Origin: Stegostoma tigrinum
Taxonomy: Eukaryota
Reading direction: 5' to 3'
Assembly (NCBI RefSeq): GCF_030684315.1
Contig: NC_081371.1
Coordinates: 20,455,440-20,519,439, forward strand
Length of the DNA: 64,000 nucleotides
Shown: in pieces, positions 25,926 through 38,539 of the stretch
How positions within the stretch are numbered: position 1 is the first letter of the stretch
How the letters are laid out: each line of letters opens with the position of its first letter
The notes under the pieces: generated by a model
What the model saw: only the letters and a program-made list of their open reading frames with translations
Databases searched by the model: none
Told to the model about the DNA's origin: nothing
Position numbers and translations under genes: made by a program

Positions 25926-28191
25926 CAAACAGGAACACGCTTTGTTGTCTGGATATTGGCCGGTGCAGATGAACAAGTCCTGGTGTACGAAATGAACCTG
26001 CACAGTATTTCTCTCTTCATCCTTTGTTCTTCCTCAAGAAAGTCAAGTACCCTAAATAATTCTCATTCCTAGATTGCATTTATGGTAAACAAAAACCTTC
26101 CCACTGAAATCCACCAAAAGATACGAACAAAATGCAGCAAAAGCTCACACAAGTACAATTCTCAAAAATTCAAAGTTAAGTTTTAGAATCAAAATTCAGA
26201 TAGAGAGCACAAAGGAGAAAACAGCTAAAAACATTTGATGACCATGACTTTGAGCTAACCCAGGGCTCATGGATGTCAGGCAATCTCTGCACTTGAAGTT
26301 GAACTTGAACTCTCACAAAACATACTTGAGGCCCAACTTCTTCCTTAAGGAATCTCAGCATGATGAGCTCAAATACAAGGGATCCTTCTTAAACCATGTC
26401 CAATTTAATTTGGTTTAACTAATAACCCTTCCTTCCTTCCTTCCAGACATTGAGGGTGATGACATTGAGGAGACAGTGATCTGGCATTCTTGTCAAACAC
26501 CAAGCTCACCTCAAAGAACCAGAAACCCCTGGGAGTCACTTTACTATCATCCCTGTCAAAAAAGAGACCGAGGCAAACCTAGAAAATAAAGGAGTTAGAA
26601 TTGTAACACAGGTAACATAAATAGTGCATGGAAACTAAGAAAATTATAGATTCTTTTATCAACAGGTGTGATATATTCCTCTAACATATCCAAGCCAAAT
26701 GCTAATGTAGGATAAAGGCAAAATCCAGTGAATGCTGAAGATCTGAAACAAATTCCACAATAGGAATGATAAGGCAAGGAAGTTGCCCGAATAGATCTTT
26801 CAGCAGTAAATACAGATCAAAACGAACATCAAACAATTTGACAACTTCATCTCAGAATCTACCAGAGAGCTGACAAAATACTGGCTCTTACTCTATTATC
26901 CAAGTGCCAGGCTGAACACAAGAAATCACACGCACAGCTGTGTCTTTCCAAAGTTGCCAGAAACTAGACAGTTGCCTGGTATATGCCAAATTCAGCCACC
27001 AGACTCCAGACAGTGATAAGATCCTCCCGAATGGGAATAGCAAGACTTGGTGATTTTTGCTAGGACCTACATTCTGGAATTCACTGCTTTCTGACATAAA
27101 TTCCTATGTGGTGGTGTGGAGGGACCCCACTGTTTTCCTGCCTCCAACCAGTTAAGAATCTCTTAAGGACCTCATCCCATTACCATTGATATTAACTTAG
27201 TGCTAGAAAGGAGATTCACCCTCTAAGTAAATCTGTGCGACGTCACTTGAAGGATTCCAGGGAGATCCTTCCTTTGAAGTCTGTACTGAGTGAAGGATCT
27301 TGCATTTGGAAGGAAGCATTGGGCTCTGAGAGCTATTCCACTGCCTGTACTGCAGGCATCACCCCCATGCTCTCACTATTCCCTGAATGTCTCCACTCCT
27401 GCCATTATTCACCTATGACCTGAGGTTTAGTGACAACACTAGGTCTTGGGTGGGTTTCATGCTGGCAGCAGCCACCAACTGTCCAGTGGCTCTCCTGTTT
27501 AATAAAACTGCTGGCTATTAACATATAGCTCTGAGAGGGGCAGTATTTCCACCCCAGGGAACCTGATCTCAAAAAGATCACACAACTGTCCTGTTAAGTG
27601 TCTAACTGCCACTTAATTCAATGATTCTCCCCCAAAAGAGTTGATAAGGGGCTCTCACTGGCTCTCCAGCTGGAGACTGAGATCCCCTACCTCCTTCGTA
27701 AAAAAGAAGCACCCTTCACATTAGACTAAAAGCCCACCCAGGCACTGAGACTAAATCACAATCAATTTGTTTAATCCAACTTGACAATATGTTATAAGTC
27801 GCCACTGTCACTTCAATAATCAGTTTCTGACTTGTTTAACCAGAAGCTTTAGTAAGGCCACTCGGTTTAAACTACTTTATATTCTTGTCTTTAAATAAAT
27901 TAGAAGTTCAAGTAAAGACTTGATTTTGTAATCCACTAGCATTTCAGAAATTCAGAAATAATTTAAACACATGAGGCAGTCCTAAAACAGTGCCAAAGAA
28001 TCTCCCACATTCTATCTGGGAACCAATGTCCCTTCAAAACTGAATTCTATTAAACAGAAAACTATAATCATAAATCACAAAGTATTTCATGAAGTTAGCC
28101 TCTTAGCTTTGCAAAAGAAGAAACTCTTCATTTGGAGGAGAGCTCCTAGACTCTGGATGTGAGTTTGCTCGCTGAGCTGGAAGGTTAGTTT

Positions 28192-28231
28192 TCAGACGTT
28201 TCGTCACCATTCTAGGTAACATCATCAGTGA
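28192..28231 (-). ncRNA. Minimal hammerhead ribozyme (Poseidon pLTR)
   Basis: UCA-CUGAUGA-U-GUUACC-UAGAAU-GGUGAC-GAAA-CGUC-UGA: intact core, 6-bp stem II, 3-bp stem I, GUC cleavage triplet. Confidence 0.8.
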
Positions 28232-29608
28232 GCCTCCGACGAAGCGCTGGTGTTATGTCCCGCTTTCTATTTATCTGGTTAGGTTTCCTTGGGTTGGTGA
28301 TGTCATTTCCTGTTCTTTTTCTCAGGGGATGGTAGATTGGCTCCAAATCAATGTGTTTGTTGATGGAGTTCCGGTTGGAATGCCATGCTTCTAGGAATTC
28401 TTGTGCATGTCTCTGTTTGGCTTGTCCTAGGATGGGTGTGTTGTCCCAATCAAAGTGGTGTCCTTCCTCATCTGTATGTAAGGATACTAGTGATAGTGGG
28501 TCATGTCGTTTTGTGGCTAGTTGATGTTCATGTATCCTGGTGGCTAGCTTTCTGCCAGTTTGTCCAATGTAGTGTTTGTCACAGTTCTTGCAAGGTATTT
28601 TGTAGATGACGTTCGTTTTATTTTTTGTCTGTATAGGGTCTTTTAAGTTCATTAGCTGCTGTTTTAGGGTGTTGGTGGGTTTGTGGGCTACCCTGATGCC
28701 AAGGGGTCCGAGTAGTCTGGCAGTCATTTCGGAAATGTCTTTGATGTAGGGGAGAGTGGTTATGGTTTCTGAGCCCGTTTTGTCTGTTTGTTTGGGTTTG
28801 TTGCTGAGGAATCGGTGGACTGTGTTCATAGGGTACCCATTCTTTTTGAATACGCTGTATAGGTGATTTTCCTCTGCTCTGCGTAGTTCCTCTGTGCTGC
28901 AGTGTGTGGTGGCTCGTTGGAATAATGTTCTAATGCAGCTTCGTTTGTGGGTGTTGGGATGGTTGCTCCTGTAGTTCAGTATTTGGTCCGTATGTGTTGT
29001 TTTCCTGTAGACGCTGGTTTGAAGTTCCCCGTTGGCTGTTCGCTGTACTGTGACATCTAGGAATGGCAGTTTGTTGTTGTTTTCCTCCTCTTTTGTGAAT
29101 GTTATGCCAGTAAGGGGGTATTATTGATGGTCTTGAATGTTTCCTCTAATTTGTTTTGTTTAGTGATGACAAAGGTGTCATCCACATAGCGGACCCACAG
29201 TTTGGGTTGGATGATTGGCAGAGCTGTTTGTTCGAGTCTCTGCATTGCTGCCTCTGCTAAGAACCCTGATATCGGAGATCCCATGGGTGTACCGTTGGTT
29301 TGTCTGAAGGTTTTGTTATTGAAAGTGAAGTGGGTGGTGAGGCATAGGTCCACTAGCTTGATGATGTTGTCCTTGCTGATGAGGTTGGTGGTGTCTGGTG
29401 TATGTGTCTTCTGTTCTTCTAATAGTGTCATCAGTGTTTCTTTGGCCAGGTTGATGTTGATGGATGTGAACAGGGCTGTTACATCAAAGGAGACCATTAT
29501 TTCATCCTCTTCTATCTTGGTGTCTTTGATGGTGTTCAGGAATTCTTGGGTGGATACCTAACCAGATAAATAGAAAGCGGGACATAACACCAGCACTTCT
29601 TCGGAGGC

Positions 29609-29648
29609 TCACTGATGATGTTACCTAGAATGGTGACGAAACGTCTGA
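29609..29648 (+). ncRNA. Minimal hammerhead ribozyme (inverted pLTR copy)
   Basis: Same motif on plus; predicted cleavage after C29645. Confidence 0.8.
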
Positions 29649-32139
29649 AAACTAACCTTCCAGCTCAGCGAGCAAACTCACATCCAGAACCTCAACCTGA
29701 GCTACAAATCTTCTCAAAACTCGCTAGCTCCTAGACTGCTTAAATAAGTAATTGATTTTGCTTTGCTGGGAAGAAATAAAGCGCAGACACTGATAAATGC
29801 TGTTGAAGTTGCAGAATTTTCACTTTTAATTCAAACAGAGGTAGAATTATTTGTTGTTAAATGCAACAAAATGTAACTTGCAATTATTTTTTCTTTTTGA
29901 GCAACTGGGTGGTATAACAGGTTAGCACATTGACCTCTCACCACAAACACATAGGTTTGAATTCTATACAGTAGTGGAATTCTATCAGCTTTTGCCAACT
30001 ATGAGTCATACATGAAATGTGTTTAAGCTAGTCTCAGCAGATTTCCTACCACTCACAAATTTCACAGTAAAAGGTTGATGTGGAAAATTAAATTATTCAA
30101 GGTATAGAAGAGATGCTTTTGACATTTGTAGGTATGAGTATTTTCACCATTTTGACATATTATTAACGTAAAGCTGTAGCTTTACTCCATTTCTGAAATA
30201 ACAATGGAGTAGAGTATAAATGTGGGTGTTAAGTCTGAAAAGTATTCCAATGTCCAGCATTTACCTTACATTTACCGTAGCTATTTTCCAGTGAATCAAT
30301 ATTATGTTCATGCTCTTCAAAACTCAGGATGTGTCTGCCACAGTCTTTATTGTTAGCTTTTGCTGCATCTAGCCATGCTTTGACCATGAGTATTTTCTTA
30401 CAATAGCATACAGTCTTTCCTCCTCATTTTCTATCCTTATTCACCTCCATGACACCCTGCACCTATTGCTGTTAAACAAGAGAATGAACAAACTGTTTTA
30501 GGTCTTCTGCTGCTGTAATTGTTGGCCAGGTTCTGGAGAAACCAACCAGAAATTTTCTGCTATTCTTCTTCTGAAGGCCATGCCTTCCACCCAGTACTGC
30601 TTCCTATAACATGCCCAGTATTGGGAAATCCGAAATGAGTGGTCTCAAAAACCCATCTGTCAATCTGTAGGGCAAAGCACAACTACCCCAGAGTTGATAT
30701 TCCAACATGTAATTTATTGTTTGTAGTATAATCTATGTTCTTTCTGAAAGCTAGAAAACAAGTACTTTGTTAAGAGTCACAGTTGGGGTACAAAGCTATA
30801 CAGCAATTTTGAAATTAATCACATTCACTAAATGTAATCTCAGGTAGAGAGGGTGAAGAAGAGGGAATACTTTGTACATAAAACAAAAAGTTTCCTAGTG
30901 TCACTTGAAAAATGAAAAAAAATACTGATGCTCTGATTGCAGAGGAACCATTGCTTGAAGGATGCACTGAAAAGATAAAATCTGTATTGCAAAACTGTAA
31001 TTCTTTTTGGGTGAGTTCACATAGGCTTTTGCAAAATCTTCAAAAGCAGCAACACTATTGAGCTGTGTTCCAGTCAGAATGCTGTCAGCAGTTTTGTGAT
31101 TAATTAAATAAGGCATCCAATGCCAGAGCCTCTATGTCTCCACTTTCCTTCCACTTTCTTCATCTATCCAAGTAATTTTTATAATTCTAACAAAACTTTT
31201 TTGTTTTTGTACTGGATGTCAAAGTTTTAACGCCTAACACTTTAAAAAGAAAATCAATAGTACTAACAAAATTGGATTCCATTTAGTGTGATGGTTGCAG
31301 AGAATTTATCCTGTTTTCAGACCATCAGAACCTCAAAGTATGGGTCTTAATTGAATTTAGTAGCTCCTCCAGCATTATTATGTTCAAAAGTGGCTTCTGA
31401 GAGATTTTTGTGATGTTCAATTTTTTGTATTGGCAAAACAATCCAGTTTCATGTGTAAGTATCTCCTTCAAAATTAGGTGAATCACAAATATGATGCTGG
31501 TTGTTTAGCAAGTGCTGGAATATACAAAGTCTATCAGAGTGATGGAAAGTATTAATATTAATCACCAAACTTACAACTGCCTATATTAGTACATTACATT
31601 TTTAATTATTATAAAGTACGGAATCTCAGAACTGTTAAGGCACAGAAGGAGGCTATGCAGCCAATCAGATCTACACTGTTTTCCAAATTAGCAAATCAAT
31701 CACAGCCATTTCCCTGCCTTCTCCTTGTTACCATGCACTTCTGTTCAGAGATGTTATTACACACCTGTGGATGACTTTTATCAACCGCTGCCAAATCACC
31801 ATGTCACTAATCCTATTCCACTTTTTGATCTACCCAGTTAATTTACCTTAATCACCTGCTTAACTTCCACATTCTACAAAGTCTTGCTTTCTCTGCACTT
31901 TACACAGCAATGGCCACAGTCTATTGTCAGGTGAAAGACAATATAAACTTAACTAAAGGGATGTAACTATCTGAACTGTTGATTACTCTTGTTTTTGTTT
32001 AATCTTACTTCTTAACAAATATTAATAACTTGTTTAGTCTCATCTAAGTCATGGCAGACTTTTGATCATCAACGAGATTAAGCCTATAATGGACTTTTGC
32101 ACAATATTTAGACCTGGTTCACTGCTCCTTGAAACTGGA

Positions 32140-32465
32140 GTTATGGGTAGACAAGGTAGTGAAGGAGGCATTTGATACATTTGCTTTTATTGGTCAGTGC
32201 ACTGAGCATAAAAGTTGGGAGGTCATTTTGTGGCTGTACAGGACATTGGTTAGGCCACTTTTGGAATACTGCATTAAAATCTGGTCTCCATGTTGTAGGA
32301 AAGATGTTGTTGAACTTGAAAGGGTTCAAAAGATATTTACAAGGATGTTTCCAGGGTTGGTGGGTTTGAGTTTTAGGGACAGACAGAATAGGCTGGGGCT
32401 ATTTTCCCTGGGGCATTAGAAGCTGAAAGGAGGCTTTGTAGAAGTTCAGAAAATCATGAGGGGCT
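32140..32465 (+). mobile_element. CR1 LINE ORF2 C-terminal fragment
   Basis: LYRTLVRPLLEYCIKIWSPCCRKDVVELERVQKIFTRMFPGL. Confidence 0.88.
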
Positions 32466-33546
32466 GGTAATGCTGGTAATGGAAATTTGCCAACATCTGA
32501 TTGGCCAGCAGCTCTCAGTTGGAAATTCTGTTGAACTGAGGGCTCAGTTGCAGAGGAGAGATATTACCCATGTAAGTACTTGATTGGATCAGGCCTCCGA
32601 GAGGAAAGTGATGCTGAGCTCTCACCATTTCTGCAGCCAGTGCAACAGAGTCCCTCAAATACAATAACTTCCAGCCCATATTTCAATCAAGGAAATGTTT
32701 GAAAAAATATAGGCTTTTTATTGAATATTAACCTCGAGGGAAACTTAACTGTAATATTGATTTTGATATGCACATGAATCAACGATGACTATAATTTTAG
32801 TTTTTTTTAAAGTGTCAGCTGAAACTGAACTGTTCACTGACATTAATCTAACTTGTACCCCAGACACACAGCTATGTCTTGATATCTGCCTTTCTTACCA
32901 AGGCAGAGGTTACAAATATGACAAGGAAGCATTAGTTGATTGCTTGAGGCTTTATGTTTCATTTGATATCTCAAGTATAGAAGATGCCGAAGATATAGCC
33001 AAATCTGCATTAAACTGTCAAATCCAAATAAAGACATTTTATTACATTATTAAATCTCCCTAAATAAGTACCAGCAGTATCCAAAGCATCTATATACAAT
33101 ATGTGCAATACTGACAATGACATTCTGACTTCCAAACCACTTTTACTACCAGAGAAAAAAATAAAATCAGAACCTTGTCACTGACACAGATTTGATTGGA
33201 TTTTGTTTCATTTATCCAGCCGCCTGCTGGCAAGATTCAGATTGGAGTGAACAATTCACAACATTATGAAAATGTACCCAGAGAAGTGCGCTTTCAAGGA
33301 AATAATGTAATGTATAATAATAATGCAAAAAATGTAATTCACCTGCATATTCCAATGTTTATCAAGTAAAAACTCAAAGACTCAAACAGGAGATAAAGTT
33401 AGCTGTTCTGGTGGTGCAGTACATAGGTGCTCCATGTGACCTCACCAAACAGTGGTGCAGGAATCATTTGGTCTCACAGGAACAATGTACAGACTTCAAC
33501 CTAGAAACATAAAGAGGTGGAAGGGAACACTGCATTCTATTAATAC

Positions 33547-33750
33547 TGTAGTAATTGGAACCAGGAGCAGGTGGATCCACTGACTATATGATCCATGATT
33601 GGAGTTGTTAGCCTGGCTTTCACAGGAGATTCAGAAGGTCTCCTCAGTCAAGGGACTGGCTTTCAGCTATCTGGTCAGAGCCCATCTATTGTACACATGT
33701 GAATAATGGGTGGCTTGGTGAAGCGACACCAGAGTCTGTGTGGTTATTTA
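33547..33750 (+). mobile_element. Probable solo LTR (same family as 50731-50931)
   Basis: Shared blocks caggtggat...tgattgg and cttggYgaRg.gaYac...ctgtg..gttattt. Confidence 0.5.
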
Positions 33751-34074
33751 AAATACCCTGCAATATCTTAATCTGGCTGTAGAGAATTCCTTTGAAGATT
33801 CATATCATTCATTTGAAGATACTGTATTTACATTCTGATTTTTTTAACAACTTGTATGGCGTTCCCCAATCAGAGTTTGAAATTATATTATGACAAATAC
33901 CATTCTCCCATTCCACCAGCCACCACCAACACCGCCAACTCCTTGAATTTTCACAGCAAGATTGCAAAGCAAATTTGAAGTATTGTAATTGTCCGTCATT
34001 CACACAGATACCTTGTTTTACTGACCTCTGGTCATTGCAACTAACAATACATCAGCCCCAATGACATTTAGATG

Positions 34075-34790
34075 TGTAAAATAGAAAGGAAGAAAATTAT
34101 TTAATTGGTGATTAGGATTAATGTGGATGTACAAAGGGACTTGGATGTCTTGATACTCTCAAGATAGTAGACAGGCAGGTGCACCAATCAATTAAAAAGA
34201 CAAATAGTGTATTGACTTGCATAGCAACAGCATTTCAGATCAGAAGTGGGCAGCTATACAGGGACTAGTGAGACCATACCAACAGTACTGCATGCAGTTT
34301 TGTCTCTCTACCTAAGGAAGGGTATACTTGCCATAGAAAGAGTGCAGTGGTTCAGAGGCTGATATTGTCCTATGAGGAGAGACTGGTTTGGCTGAGCTTG
34401 AATTCACTAGAATTTGGAAGCATGAGAGGAGATCTGATTGAAAAGTACAAAAGTTAACAGGACTAGATACTCTAGATGCAGAAAGAATGTTTTTCCTCCC
34501 TAGGAAATCTAGAATCAGATCAAACAGTCTCAGACTAATTAGTACTGAAAGGGGAAAAATTTCAAAGCATGGTGAACCTATGGAAATCTCTACCATGGGA
34601 GGCAATGGAGACCAAGTCATTGAACATATTCAAGAAAGAGACTATAAATTTCTTTAATTTGAAATGCATCAAGGATAATCGACGAAAGGAAAAATATTGC
34701 ATTGAGTTACATGATCAGCCATAATCCTAATAAATGGCAAAGCAAGCTCAAAGGGCTAAAGTGTTTATTCCTACTCCTAGTTTCCATGTC
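34075..34790 (+). mobile_element. CR1 LINE 3' fragment
   Basis: LYRGLVRP..QYCMQF remnants and the typical tail gatcagccat...aatggc...aagggc...cctactccta. Confidence 0.75.
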
Positions 34791-37700
34791 TGTAGATTGT
34801 TATGTAGTGCAAAGCAGGATTATGTGGCCATGTCACAGGAGTAGTTAACTTAAATCAATCTACTTATAGGATAGTCACACCCTCATGACATGCATAATTC
34901 TGGAATTAATAACATTCTACCCCCTCAAACAATAGGAAGACAAAACATCCACAATATTAAAGCATTTAGGGACAAAGAGTTCAATCCAGCAGGCAAACAT
35001 AAAGCCAAAAACAACAATACACCAAGGATTACCTCAAGAGGTAGTAACACCCTTCATAAAGACTGCATTATCATCAGGTGAATCAGTGTATTGGAAATGC
35101 ATTTTAGAAATGCAGCTTTTGATGCTGTTTTTGAGTTCTAGATATTGTTCTAACTGCTAAATGTTTTGTTGTTTTTGTTGTCAGTGAAATTGGTATCTTC
35201 CCCAGAGTTTAGGATATTATATAAGGGACAGTGATCATAAAATTACTTCATTAGTTAGTACAAACATGAGCAGAGACATTTCAGCTGTTTGGTCTGTTGA
35301 TAATCAACATGCACAAGCAACTTATGTCACCATGTCCTCATCTCTAACTTCAAGTCATTTTGCCTGAATAAATTCTTTCATTTGTTGAAGCATCATGTGT
35401 CTGGCAACGCAATCGTATCTTATTCATTTTCAGATTGGAGCCATTGTCAGTAGCAAATTGTTGGGTAGTATGAAAATTGTATTTATTGCTTGTTTTCAGT
35501 TAACTTAATCAACACCAAGCACTTCAACTACAAAATTTACATCTTTTGATGGAATTGTTTTTGAGACTTTTTTTCCCAAAGAACTAATTCTTTTCAAGTT
35601 TTATTGCAGATGATCAGTTTTATTTTAAAAATCATAGTTTGTTTTTACAGAATATAGTAGATCCCTAGGTGAGCCAATCAATATCTTAAAGAATGGAATG
35701 TGATGGTGAGCATCACCAAACAGGAAATAATTTCTTTGAGGTGATGAAAGGGAAAACTTCCAAAAGACCTGATAATGGAGGCAATTATTGGTTTTGTTGG
35801 CCCTTGGAGATTGCCAGGGTCAAATGGGACACAGTCCTTCTGAACCATGTTTAGGCAGAGAAGAGTTCTTATATCTTTCTACCCTTCCTTCCTCAACAGT
35901 AAATTGCCAATGAAGTCTAATCCTGTGGCAAATAAAACACGTGTCAAGAGGGCACTGTCATAGTTTAGATCCCCAGTCAGACATTTCTTCACCCTTGTGC
36001 ATGATCTAGTGGGGTTAATTCGCTGTAAAAAGAGGAAATAATTACAGTAGTGGTAAACCAAAATAGTTACAATAAAGGCTCCAGCTTATACAGCTTTGTC
36101 ACTGAGTTCATTGGCAAGCTATTCATAGACAGTACATCTTATTGCAAAGGTACATGCATGAAGAATTGGATTCAGGTGTTGCTGCCAATAAACCACATTT
36201 GGCGACAGTCCTGCCACTACACTGATGAGGAAGATCAAAAAGTCAGGGATGGGGTAACAGGCTTTCGCAGACATTACCCAAAAAACACTTGGTCATATTT
36301 AAAGGGCTTGATTTCCCGAGAAACAAACAGTTACTTCACACCTCAAAATAATAGGGTTTCTGTTCCATGGTGCAATTAAGAAGATCCTGGTCAAGCAATT
36401 GAACATTTTGTATTATTCACTCATAATATCTATTGACTTGTGATGGTACAAACTCCCACTTGTCAGATGTTGAATTACAAACCTAACAGTGTGAGGCTTC
36501 TACTAAGTCAATGTGACTCCAAGATGACAGGCAAAGACTTCAGTTTATGGCAACTCAATCCAGTGTGACAGACTTGAGAGTTTGATATCTGAGTCAGGTG
36601 AGTCTACAATGTTCCATAGCATCACTGACAGAACCTAGATGTGAAGATTTGGAATTCATGACTGGCATTCTTTCCACCTGATTCAAGTAAAGCCTGCAAG
36701 TTGTTTTAGAATCCTGTAAAGAAATGTCTGTTGGTTTAATGAACTCAGCAACATATGGAAAGAACATAAATTATTGCGTTAAACTTATGTAACAACATTA
36801 TAACATTATACAGCATGCACAATATGCAACAAGGTACAAACGATAGATGTAGATTTCTATGAATGACTTGTCAAGATATCATGATGGATTTTATTAAACC
36901 TCATTAAGCCAAAATACTTCCTCAATTAAAGATTGTTGATTAAAACAACAATCCCATTTTACTCATTTAATGGAAAAGTCCTGTTCAGAAATTAGCCATC
37001 AAACCATGCATTGTGTCTGGAAGCCTCTTACGAACTGTTATCTAATGATGTTGCAAATAGGTCTTAGTATTAACAACTGGTGATTATCTCTCCGAACTCC
37101 GAAATAGAAAGTTGTAAGTTGAATTTTGTTTTTGGAAATGTTCAATTGAAATCCATAATATATTGTATATGTGTAAATATAACAAACCTGAGTTTTTCAA
37201 ATGATCATGGAACATCAGTATTAAACTGGTAGGTCCTTCCAGCTTCTGGTGTATCAGATGATCAAGTAGTAGTGCTCACATTATATCTGATCTTGCACAA
37301 CAGTTAAGGATAAATAATTGGATTGTAAAGCTTAAAACTTGGACTCTGGACCCAAAGTTTAGTCACATTTGTAAGCAGATAAAACAGGAGAGATTTTGTC
37401 CTTCGAGGCATGTGTTTTCAGGTTAGATAATTTCACATTTCAGACAGCAACAGAAAAGGCAGTCCACATAATATATGAAAATGTTTCTGCAATTCAGACA
37501 CCCTTCATGGTATATGTTACTTGTATTCCTTCTGGGCTAAAGGAAAGAAATTATGTGAATTACTGTCAAAAACCATACTGGCTTTTTCATCTCCATAAAC
37601 TGTTACCAATTTATGAAACAATACTTTAAAAGAACTGACACTGATTATGTAGGCTATTTAGCAATTCAAAGACCATAAATTGAGATGTTGGATGGATATC

Positions 37701-38539
37701 ATTGTCACAATGACTAGGGATTTTTGAGTAGCTTTAAGCAAAAAAACGCATATTTCATGATCACCAAGTGGAAGAAAAATGGTTAATGTGGTAAAGGATT
37801 AATAGGGTAAGTAAGTGTAAGCTAGGTCAATGAAGTAGGCATAAAGGAAGGCCTTTAAAAAAGAGTGGAAAATAAAGCAGTTGAGATTTAAGGGAGCCTA
37901 TGTGGAAACATTCAAACAAGAGGTTATGCAACATTGAGAACCACTAAGAGAAAGGAAATCTGTGAATATTGATTAGCAGGTGGTTTTAGGGGGTTGTTGA
38001 GTGGTTTAAAGGGCAACATTTTTTAAAGAGGAAAACGTAAATGGTCTAATTTTAACCATCAAATCAACAACATTGACAGGCATTGTTGGTTTACATTAAA
38101 AGTCATTCTAATCATTGTCTGGTTTTCATCATAACTCCATGGATAGTACTTGATGACAGGAATTCCGAGAATTCATCTCACCTAATTTATTAGCAGAATT
38201 GGCTTTAACAATTTGAAATTCACTTCATTAAATTCTAAACATTTAGAGCAATTCACAAGTAATATAAGTTCGAGTGCTGTTTTGGAATTCTGCATTGTTA
38301 AACTTTGCTTTTGTATTTTTGCATAAATAAATCCGCAGAAGTATATTTTAGAGCAGTATTCATGTCCTATCTTCTATTATGTTGGCAATCTTATTTGTTC
38401 TTCATTAAATAATTTGCTCAGGGTTAGATCTGTACCAATACCTATCATGGCAGTGTATACATGCAGAGGTTTCGTTCATAAAGTATTAAGTTTGCTTCAG
38501 GAGTTCGATCTCGTCCTGAGATGGGAGTGGAAATTCAGA

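Larger units (their letters stand above)
28153..29725 (-). mobile_element. Young 5'-truncated Poseidon/Penelope-type PLE (RT + GIY-YIG) with inverted pLTRs and 12-bp TSD
   Basis: RT motifs SFDVTALFT, GTPMGSP, WVRYVDD; endonuclease YKIPCKNCDKHYIGQTGR..RIHEH; one frameshift at 29114-29118; 28153-28284 is inverted at 29556-29688; agctcctagact at 28141-28152 and 29726-29737. Confidence 0.95.

Noticed and set aside
27040-27740. GC-richer block as an exon or promoter (also ~32470-32660)
   Set aside because: No CpG enrichment or convincing ORF; probably a decayed non-autonomous DNA element, but its ends could not be defined.
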